Under the pieces are notes generated by a model that was not told the origin of the DNA, made no database searches, and saw only the letters and a list, made by a program, of their open reading frames with translations. This document shows, piece by piece, positions 22,301-33,051 of a DNA stretch of 64,000 nt (positions are counted from its first letter, which is position 1; the number at the start of each line of letters is the position of its first letter). Location: positions 13,082,001 through 13,146,000 of the forward strand of contig CATNEN010000003.1 in assembly GCA_950097015.1 (NCBI GenBank). Direction: 5' to 3'. The position numbers and the translations under genes were made by a program. The stretch comes from Macrostomum hystrix (taxonomy: Eukaryota > Animalia > Platyhelminthes).

Positions 22301-25300
22301 AAGTCTATAAAAATCCGCCTATTTTTTCAAACAAAACGCGAGAAACAAAATTAGACCAAGGAGCACTAGAAGAATATAAGTACCTGCTCTTACTTCTTCT
22401 TGTTGTAAAGAATTGACAATTTGTTTTAGGACACTGTCTAAAATAATCATACTGACGGTTCTACTTTTGTCTATGGTCAAAACACCGTCTAGGCCGAGGT
22501 GGGCATTGTATCACGCTGGCGCGCGTTAGATGCACGATTTACTGCGCGTCTAATGTAGGATTAATATATCGCCGCTAAGTGCTTTAACGGTCTTAGCACG
22601 AGTGCGCGAGTGCGCGAAGCGCACGAGTGCTGAGACCGTTAAAGTTCAAAGCGGCGATATATTAGTTTCATTGTAATATGCAAGCTGAGCCATAGACACT
22701 TTAACGTTAGTAAACTTGTTAACGTTGTATGCTTCATCTGTTCCACTTTTGAAATAAACTGTTTTTGTGCTTGTAGCGTTAGACGCACGCTAAATGCGTT
22801 ACACGCATGATGAAAACGCTTAGCGCGGTTGAGTTTCTACCATAGACTACTTGCGTTACACGCACGCTGTCTAACGTTTAATGCACCGCATTGCGTGTTA
22901 CAATGTAGTTGTCTATGGCAATTTTCTATCTGAGTAAAAACAACAAGCGTGCGTCTAACGCGTGTAATGCACGCAAAGTGAGCATATTTTAATAAGTATA
23001 CTTCTGCTACAAGTACAACGAACGAACAACAGGGAATTGTGTAAACTAGGTAGACTGTGTAGACGCCTGACCCAAGTGATTTCCATTTTAAGTCATTGAA
23101 AATGCTTTACATCGCTTATTGTGTATTCACATCGTGGGGTGCTTTGCCCCCCACACCCCGTCCTTTCGGTCCCTACACAGGCTTTTGTAAATCCCTATTA
23201 CAGTTACAGTAACACGAACGGTTAACACGTGCACAGACGATTACCTATCATTGACAGGGAAAGCGAATGAAGATGAAGGCGTTCTGCATTTGGAAGTTCA
23301 GTGTGGGAAAAGTTCATTGCTATTACTCACTCTAAGAATTGAACGTGCAGTTGTTGACAGTGTTGTAGAAGTTGTTAACCACAGTTGGTTTCTTCTTGGC
23401 GTCATCACTTGGCGTCCCACCAGCAATGAAATATGATATGAAATATAAAAATGAAATACTCGTAAATGAGCTCAGGGATTTTCGTGACGAGTTAATTCGC
23501 TCTAACAGTCACCCATCTATCTATCTATCTATCTGCAGGGGGGCCCGGGGCACTTGTCGCACAAGCGACGGAGCGGCACGCCCCAGACCGGCGAACTAGG
23601 CGCTTTTGCGCCCATCGCGCCGCCTCCCCTGAGCAGGCACCACACACAGCAGCACAGACCCGCCGGGGACGGCAGGAGGCACCCAGAATAGACAGCAGTG
23701 TCCCCCACCCCAGCCCCACACGCACAGAGCAGACCAAGCCGGGGCGGAAGGCTGATAAGAAATCAGTCCTCAGGGGGGGGCCGGGGGGGCTGGCTTTCGT
23801 GACTTAAGACATGCAGCCAGCGAGGATTCTGTCCATTTCGCTGACTTCTGAGCACACACGCACACATATAATGTACTTAGGCACACGCTCACACAGGTGT
23901 GTACATCTGTCTCATAGACAGGCTGTGTACACTTTCACTGTGCCTTGGAGGTTGGCCCTCAGGGGCGTAAATTGCACGACAAGCCCCCAAGCATCCTCTC
24001 CGAGGATGCGCCCCAAATTAATGAATGTCGCCTCGCCGCGGAATCGAGCTCAGGGACCTTAATGCGAGAGGCAAACGCGTTGTACCGTTGCTTAATTCTA
24101 AATCCACTCGTAATTAACCAATTAAAAAACAAGTGAAACGCGAAAATAAAACCTTAATTTGGTAAAAAAGGTAGCCGGAAATGATAAAAAAATTACGTCC
24201 ATTGTAGGTCGGCCTGCGCACAGCCGTTTCGGCTCAGAACTTCTACAACAAAACCAAGGATCGCGACGCTGATATTCATCGGAAAAGTCAGGTGGATGCA
24301 CAGTCCATGAGCATCAAGCAGGCTGTCACCAATACGCGAATGCACAACGAAGATCTAGACGCTAAGGCTGTTGTGCGCAGTCAAGTGCCCAGCGTTCAGT
24401 TGGAGTCCGTCGGAATTCAGGTGCTTTCCGCCGTGTTTGGAATCCGGGATTGATTTGGTTTTGTACTCAAACATCAGAGATTTTACTCAATAAGGATCAG
24501 AGATGGGACTCAATGAGGATCATAGATGGGACTCAATGAGGATCAGAGATTGTACTCAATGAGGGTCAGATATAGGACTCAATGAGGGTCAGAGATGGGA
24601 CTCAATGAGGATCAGAGATGGGGCTCAATGGGGATCAGAGATTGCACTAAATGAGGATCAGATATAGGACTCAATGAAGGTCAGAGATGGGACTCAATGA
24701 GGATCAGAGATGGGACTCAATGAGGGTCAGAGATGGGACTCAATGAGGATCAGAGATTGTACTCAATGAGGGTCACATATAGGACTCAATGAGGGTCAGA
24801 GATGGGGCTCAATGGGGATCAGAGATGGGGCTCAATGGGGATCAGAGATTGTACTAAATGAGGATCAGATATAGGACTCAATGAAGGTCAGAGATTAGTC
24901 TCAATGAGGGTCAGAGATGGGACTCAATGAGGATCAGAGATGGGACTCAATGGGGATCAGAGATGGGACTCAATGAGGGTCAGAGATTGTACTCAATGAG
25001 GATCAGAGACGGGAATCAATGGGGATCAGAGATGGGACTCAATGGGGATCAGAGATGGGACTCAATGAGGATCATAGATGGGACTCAATGAGGATCAGAG
25101 ATTGTACTCAATGAGGGTCAGATATAGGACTCAATGAGGGTCAGAGATGGGACTCAATGAGGATCAGAGATGGGGCTCAATGGGGATCAGAGATTGCACT
25201 AAATGAGGATCAGATATAGGACTCAATGAAGGTCAGAGATGGGACTCAATGAGGATCAGAGATGGGACTCAATGAGGGTCAGAGATGGGACTCAATGAGG

Positions 25301-28300
25301 ATCAGAGATTGTACTCAATGAGGGTCACATATAGGACTCAATGAGGGTCAGAGATGGGGCTCAATGGGGATCAGAGATGGGGCTCAATGGGGATCAGAGA
25401 TTGTACTAAATGAGGATCAGATATAGGACTCAATGAAGGTCAGAGATTAGTCTCAATGAGGGTCAGAGATGGGACTCAATGAGGATCAGAGATGGGACTC
25501 AATGGGGATCAGAGATGGGACTCAATGAGGGTCAGAGATTGTACTCAATGAGGATCAGAGACGGGAATCAATGGGGATCAGAGATGGGACTCAATGGGGA
25601 TCAGAGATGGGACTAAATGAGGATCAGAGATGGGACTCAATGGGGATCAGAGATGGGACTCAATGAGGGTCAGAGATTGTACTCAATGAGGATCAGAGAC
25701 GGGAATCAATGGGGATCAGAGATGGGACTCAATGGGGATCAGAGATGGGACTAAATGAGGATCAGAGATGGGACTAAGGGATGGGCTAACTCTGGGATGA
25801 AATATTTAATTAACTCAAATACTAAAGACTTGATTGACTCAAGAATTAACGACGGAATGATAAGCTTCAGGATTAAGGATAGCTGATTATTGATATTGAT
25901 TGTTGATTAAGGATGGGGTGCACTTATGATCGACACGGAGAAAGATTCGCTCAAATACACGTTTTTGTCTTAAGAAATGATTGTTTCAGTATTCCAGCTA
26001 GAAAGACATCTTGACTATCTTGCAGGGCGCGGTGAAGGCGCAGCGGATGCGGCGGCACAAGCGAGCCACGTACAGTCGGCATCACTTCTTTCCTCAGCTA
26101 GTTGCTCAGCGTCGCCGCGAGATGCGCGAAGCTCAGGCGAGCCTGGAGCGGCAGCATCGAGCCGAGGAGGACTCGCTGTATCGTCGCCTAATGGAAGAGA
26201 AGGACCTGCGCGAGAGGAAGCTAGCCGCCGAGATGAAGGAGACCTGGGAGATGCGGCTCGAGGAGCTGATGCGACGCCAGGCGCCCGAGGGTGAGAAAGA
26301 GGAGCTTCGGAGAACCATCCGATTCAAGGAGCAGGAGCAGCGCAGCCTGATAGAGTCGCAGCTTCAGGAACAGGCTCAGGAGAGAACAGCCGAATTGGTG
26401 GCCAGACAGAGTCGAGAAATGCTGCAGTTGCTGGCTAAGAAGCAGCAGGAGATGGAGGTGAGTAGAGATTTTATTGTCCCATAAATGCATTCCGTGCCCG
26501 CTAGTTTTGTCTATGGTTCATGCTAAGTGGCGCCCTCAAATTCATGATGGGGTTCCATCTCATTCCTGCCCGAAAATCCATAGACAGAACGACAGTTGCG
26601 ACTTGGGGAATTGGGAACTCTAACCAACCAATCTAATTAATCAAGCGCTGTCAATTGTCTATGGTAAAAAGCATTTTTTCCTTTCTTTCTTTGATTTAAT
26701 CAGAGGTTTCTATAGATTAACATATCTATTCAGGCGCAGAAACTATCAGGGTCGGAAATCAACACATGTTAATTCTACTGTTAAGTACAAGCAAAGGACC
26801 CCAGTGGGACAAAAAGCGGTTGATGATTAAAATATAGAGCTTGTCCTTCAGTCGAGACAAAGATGTAGAAAATGACGCATGGTAGAATGACTCATTGCAG
26901 CAAGAGCTGGAGGACCTCGAGGAGGGCAACACTAAGCAACAGACAGGTGGTGGAGGAGGCGGCGTTGGCAGCGCTAGCTCAGGTGTTCAGTCGTCGATAG
27001 CGTCTATGACTCTGTTTTCGTCGTCAGCGGGGGCGAACACCAACGGAGGCGCGTCACCAACTGCTACAGGCGACATCGGAAACAAGATGAAATTTGCCGA
27101 TGCTGGAGACTCCTCAACGACCACCGAGCGCCTAATTGAGTCTCCTCAACCGCAGCCAACTGGCGACGATGATAACGACGCTGTGCCAATCATACCGGAG
27201 CGGGTACCTTCGCCGTTTGCTCCCAGCAAGAGAAAGTCGGCTTTGTACACCGACGCTTCCATTTTTAAACAATTGGACGAGCACGTCATCAATATAGCGG
27301 AAGGTGAGCAGGTGACCTTCACAGATCTGGCTGACCAGTTGACATCTGTGTGCACCAGCGAATTGGAAAAGGTGCGAGCCATCTTTCGTTGGATAACGGT
27401 GAAAGATTTGTCCGCTCTGCGCATCGAAAACTGGAACCCGGACACACCGATGGGACTACTGCGTGGCATTCAGTTCGGCACAGAGACCTACCACGTCCTG
27501 TTTATGAGGCTCTGCTCCTATGCTGGAATTCACGCGGTGGAGATCAAGGGTGAGCCAATTCGAAGTTTGGGAATTGAGAACAGAACGAACCCAAATTAAA
27601 CCAAGTTTGCTTTCTGTCTTCAAGATGATGCTGAGATCGACGATATGGCCAAAGGGACATTGTGGGCAGTCGTGCTTCTGCAATATGTCTACAAATGTCA
27701 GAATTAGTTACAGACGTGTCTAAGTGGGCTTTTGAGTTGAAGCTTTTCCGTAAACTCAGTTCTATTATTTGATAACTAAAAACTAAAGACTCAAGGGTCA
27801 CGTCTAGTATTGCGAGTAATTTGTAAGTGCTTCAGAGAAGCTAGTGAAGAAGTAACTAGCGACTCGGAGTTGCGTTGAATTTTCTTCACTAAGTGCTCTC
27901 ATTGTCTGCTCAGAACAATGTTCTCGGTGCACTCTACGTACACACTCAATCTGAAATTTCTTATCGTAAACAAGCAAGAAGCAAGAGCTGAAGAGCATAA
28001 GAGTGGAACGTGAAATTGCCCTGCTATCGTTGCTTCCTAAACAAATAAATACAGCACTTTGCTGACCGCAGTCTTGAGGTCTGGAGTTCGAGTCATAGCT
28101 CAGGGAAAATGGATTCTTGCAAAGAAAAAATTCATACGCGCTTCAGATTACCCAGATATAAAAAAATATTGACATAAGGTAGAAATTTTGTTCGGCGTGG
28201 CACCCCCGTTCAGTCCACGGACTGAATAGCTGTACACAGCCTTTAAAAGTGCCACACATTAAAGTGTTATTTTTATTCACTCAAGTAAAAACTAGAAAAT

Positions 28301-29893
28301 TTTCCTCCGCTACTCAAAACAGGCTTCTCAAAATCTGTCGGCTACGAACCTGGCATGCAGTTTCGTCAGGCCAACAAGTTCAAGAACACCTGGAACGCTG
28401 TGTTTGTTGAAGGCGAATGGCGCCTAATCCAGTGCAACTGGGCGGCCCGTCACCTGGTGTTCAATCGCACCACGGGCAGTGGTCAGGCTGCCAGTGACAA
28501 CACCAACACGACGGGCTCCACTGGCGGCGGCGTCACGGAGAATCTCCGCTATCACTACGACGAGCACTACTTCCTGACAGATCCGGATAAGTTCATCTAC
28601 GAATTCTTTCCGCAAGATCCCAGGTGGCAGCTGCTTGACCAGCCAATCAGTCTAGCCGAGTTTGAAGAGCTGCCGTTTGTTAGATCGGCCTTCTTCCAGT
28701 ACGGCATGCGGTTTCAGCCGAATACGAAAGCCGTAATAGAGACAGACTCGACTGGCGGTGCCATGCTGGAGCTCGGACTGAGTGACCCCACCCTGCCTCT
28801 GGTCTGTCATTATCAGTTTCGCTGCGCCGACACGGGAGCCGCTCATTACAAGGGCACCAAGCTGGATAGGCTAGTATTTTTCACCGTTCGGTCGCCAGGC
28901 AAACTAGTTTTCGACATTCACGTGCCAAATACGCAGCCGTATTTTCTAGAAATTTTCGCTGCCCTAGTTGAGCCGAACAATCCAGCGACGTACGGCTATC
29001 AGGTCAGGCTGAAATGCGTCGCCAAGTTCAAAGTGATTGCACGAGAGCTGCAGAAACGCATGACACCGCTGCCACAGTCAAGTAGCAGCACAGGCGAGTG
29101 GGGCCCATCAAAGGCCATGCGTCATTTTCTCATTCAGCCCAGGAGCCACACGACAGCTATAATAAGCTTCGACGGCCGCCTTAGTAAAGAGCTAAACATG
29201 AATTTCGAAATACCGCCCAGCATCCTTAACGAGAGCTCAGCTTTCTCGGTCGTCGTGAACAGGAATGGCGTCGCGCCTCAGGTGCTGTCAAGATACGCTC
29301 GAGTGCAACTTGACAAGCAACGCAGCTTGCTCTTTGTTCGCTTCCAGCCGCCCGAGTCGGGATCCTACGCTCTGGAAATCTTTCTAGAGCGAAAGAACAG
29401 CCCGCCGACCCATGTCTGCAAGTACCTGGTGCGTTGCGTCGAAATCAAGCCAGACGCAGCCATGTCGCTGTCCAGACCAGCTGTCCCAGACGAGTACAAG
29501 GCCAAGTCCGGACCAAACCAGCCAGTGTTGAAGCGACTACCCATTGCGTACGTCTCGGATGTTCCTTACAAGTCGTCCGTGGACACCAAGTCTGTTTCTT
29601 TAAAGTTCAAATTTTCTGACGAGCAGCTCGAGTATATCACATCGCTGAGTCGCCTGCCCGAAGGTAAGGGCAAGCAGCATCAGCTGGCCGCATCTGTGGA
29701 AGACCATTCTGACAATTGTGAGCTTCGAATTGTCAATCAGAAGGCCACGGTGATTGCCCACTTTGTAACTGACGGGCGCTACAATTTGCACCTGCTAGCT
29801 CGAAGGCCTCAGCCAGATGCTCAGTTCGAGCTGTGCTACAGCTTTAAGCTGGATGTCACCCTGCCGAAGGTTTTGCAACCAACGACAGCTTGA
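19328..29893 (+). CDS. Hil: Hillarin-like LIM domain + coiled coil + transglutaminase-like (KY/Cyk3-type) protein, ~1054 aa, 5 coding exons
   Basis: Exons 19328-19627, 24208-24420 (missed by the ORF track), 26026-26457, 26901-27549, 28323-29893; total 3165 nt in frame. LIM CQRCGKAVYPTE...FHRNCFRCQTC...YCASH, coiled coil, then KVRAIFRWITVK...GTETYHVLFMRLCSYAG...IKGFSKSVGYEPG...NTWNAV...YDEHYFLTDP. Confidence 0.9.
19745..21930. repeat. 33-bp minisatellite in hillarin intron 1
   Basis: TCTAGGGTGAGATTTCATTGGATATCTTCAGAA, about 66 units. Confidence 0.97.
22500..22990. mobile_element. Palindromic non-autonomous element (MITE-like; class uncertain)
   Basis: 103-bp near-perfect hairpin at 22562-22664, plus dispersed inverted CGTTAGAYGCACG / CGTGCGTCTAACG motifs at ~22524, ~22778 and ~22948. 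Confidence 0.5.
23795..24090 (-). mobile_element. SINE family A copy in hillarin intron 1
   Basis: Matches 48850-49140 and 53030-53300. Confidence 0.85.
24470..25780. repeat. 23-bp minisatellite in hillarin intron 2
   Basis: AGAGATGGGACTCAATGAGGATC units with a 552-bp (24-unit) higher-order duplication. Confidence 0.97.
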
Positions 29894-31263
29894 CGAGAAA
29901 ATTAAGAGTGAAGAGGAGTTACTGTACGCCTGAAGAAAAACTGAAAGAGCTTGCAAGATAAAAAAAATTGCATACATAGAGAGGAGCGATTTTGATTGAC
30001 TTGAAGAAAAACATAAATATTTTAACAGTAGAAAGACGACCCTTTTTTACCACTGGGGAAAGAGCATAAGTTGTATTCTAAGAAAATATTGAAAATATGC
30101 AGTGACAATTCTTATAACAAATAGTGTTTCGTACTAAATGTTAGTTAGCGCCATGTGATTGCATGTCATAGTGGTATCAATGAATTTATTCTTTACTTCA
30201 TTAATTTCACGTAGTTTCGAGCGATGAAACTAATATTTATGAATCACCGCGATAAAACAAATCCCATCATCATCATATCATACGGTACGTACTTAAATAC
30301 TATAGTAGAAACTCATCACCAGCCTGCATGTAAAAATGTAATACCAAAGCATCACTTAACCAGATTCCATCAATATATGCGGCGCTGGTTTCAATTGTAA
30401 TAAAACGATGCTGTTTTTTAAGTACACGCAGTTGCAAGTCCGAGATAAACAATAAACTATACCATGCCAATATAAAATATGCAGATAAATACAAGATATT
30501 TGAAACAAATTTGTTTCATAGAATGTCTTAATTCGTAACGCTATTACGGACGCTAAATTTAAAATAATTCTATCTTAGCGCCATGATTAGCTCTAATAGC
30601 CGGCAAACTGCAGCCCATTGGTAAGAGCTTCGGACTAGACTGAAACATCGCGAGTTGAATCACAGTGGAAATTTAGTAAAAAAAATTCCTGTATAATGTG
30701 AATGAATATTGTAGTGCTTTGCTTCATGAACGTGTGCCTCTCTGGAGCAATCGTAAAAAATTAAGTAAAAAGTTGACTCATGGCACTTTCAAAGAGATTT
30801 AGATAAAAAATGCTGCAATCCAGCTACTCAGCTGCTAAATGAACTAAGTATACGGTCGTTACTTCTCTCGATCGATGGAACTTGATTAGCGCTGAAGGCT
30901 TGCAGCAGGTGACGATATAGAAAATTGTATCAATTTTTAATGACAATCAATTAAGGATCGCTTCTCATCATTTGAAGCCATGAGAGGGTGCTCGCATTAG
31001 AGCCTGAATTGAAGTGCTCTAAAGTGTGTCGTCGGTTGAACACTTAAGAAACTTAAATTAAAAAATGTGAACATCAAATTGATTTTAACTTTCGATGACT
31101 TTCCTACCTTAATTAGAATGCAATAAACACAAAAAACTTAATTACCACTAGTGCAATAGAATTGCCTTTACTTGGTCCTTGAAACCTGTAATAAGAGCTA
31201 GGTTCATGTGTTAAACATTGTTTTCCCGCGGACGACATCATATTTCGTAACCACTGCCCTAGT

Positions 31264-31363
31264 TGCTGCTACTTGACTGTGGCAGCGGTGTCATGCGTTT
31301 CTGCAGCTCTCGCGCAATCACTTTGAACTTGGCGACGCATTTCAGCCTGACCTGATAGCCGTA
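31264..31363 (-). repeat. Inverted 100-bp duplicate of hillarin coding sequence 28991-29090
   Basis: Reverse-complement match with 1 mismatch by eye. Confidence 0.93.
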
Positions 31364-32090
31364 TCAGGTCCTTGTTGCATATTTATATACCTTGTTGCAT
31401 AATGGAATACTAGCTTTTACTAAGAGGCGTGGTAAACATTACAAGTTTACAATGATTAGTAGTAAATTACCAGCTTGATTATTGATTAGTAAACTAATAT
31501 GAAAATATTACTTGAATATACTCGTACTTAACGGGATATACTGGATGAAGTTATAGTGATTCACATGGACATGGTAAAATTAGATCGAGACATGCAGATA
31601 ACTAAAACTAGCAAGAATGCATTATTTAAAGTTGACTGAAATTTTGTGTTTAAATACAAGAAAACAACAAAGTACAATAAGACTTTTTTACTCGGACATT
31701 ATGCGAGACACTTTTTTCACAGGATTAAAGTAAAACTAAAATGTATATATTTGTAAGCGGACTAGCATTTTCAGAATAAAATAGAAATTATTGCGATAAT
31801 AGCTGGTACTGGGTACGTAATGTATATTACAGTTAATTGGTAATAAACTAAATATTATTTCAACCGACCTCAAAATTCACGATCGCCGCTCATAAAGTTC
31901 TGATCGACGAAACGCAGAACGAAAATTAAGTTGTAATTAAAACAAAATACTAGAAGTATTGTCTCTACATAATAAATGACAATTAAAAAAATTATTTAGG
32001 TAACTTCAGGTTGTATTTTGTAAATGTTTTATAGGAAATTTATAAAAGTTTTCGTCGTCGTATTTCATTATCGCAGCACACGACCATCGC

Positions 32091-32444
32091 AAACAACAAC
32101 AACAACAAATTACACTGTGAAAAGGAAAGTTCACAGTGTCACAAGGCACGCCGAAGAGCCAGCTTCCTGAAATTGTCGATTGCTCTTGTCCAAGTCTGAT
32201 GCTCGCCAAGACCAGCATCGGCGAGCAGGCCCTCGACATAGCGGTGCGTCCTGGCCTGCCCTCGGCGCAGGGGACCCTGCATGGTCAGCAGCAGGACGTC
32301 CTGCGCCGGCTCTGGACAGTAGGCCCCGGCGCGCACCACATGGCCTGCCAGCTGCAGCCGCCGTCTCCGAAGGGTCTCACTGGGTGGGTGCAGCCCAGCG
32401 CGATAGTAAAGGGCGGCGTTGGAGACCCGCTCCGGGAAGTGGAT
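32091..32444 (-). mobile_element. 5'-truncated RTE-like non-LTR retrotransposon
   Basis: Encodes ...SNAALY...RRRRLQLAGHVVR...RRGQ..., typical of the RTE-group post-RT C terminus. (TTG)n tail; 9-bp TSD GACCATCGC at 32082-32090 and 32445-32453. Confidence 0.85.
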
Positions 32445-33051
32445 GACCATCGCGCAACAGTTTTATTTTCGAGTGTCGAAATATATTCTTTAAAACCGAA
32501 TCACCGGGAAGCAATTGCATAAAAAACTTTAAACTAACTAAAGTGCTATTCAACCGACATGAAAATTCCTACTTGAGCAGCTCATATCCAAGTCTTAAAA
32601 AAGTAAGTACTTTTTCATGACATATTATTTCAAAATCCACGCGTGCTGGCATTATTTCTTCCTGTAGGCTGTAGTATAAAGTTTATTAATTAAATTTATT
32701 GGTTTGACTTAAAGGAAACCTTTTTAACTTTAATCATGTAGCTACTCTACAGTTAATATGGACATTTGAGCTACCTAAGTTAAATTGAATTAATTATTTA
32801 AATGTAAACAACATTTGGTATATTGCGATTTAATAGAACTCTTTTGTAGAATAACAATATCACTATATGATGCGCTAACTAATCTTATTAAAGTTGACTA
32901 ACCATTCATGACGTCCTTGGTCTCTAAAAAGTAGATTTGATTTTCGCCCATTTAGTAGCTGTTTATTTTTCTTTTCCCAGACTCGATAAAAAGTCGAACG
33001 AAATAAGAAAATACATAACTTCAATTTCAGGTAGCGATCGTAGCCTCACAG

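Noticed and set aside
23130-23260. Possible Helitron/Helentron end (GGGGTGCTTTGCCCCCCACACCCC hairpin)
   Set aside because: Single short motif with no second copy or definable boundaries in the window.
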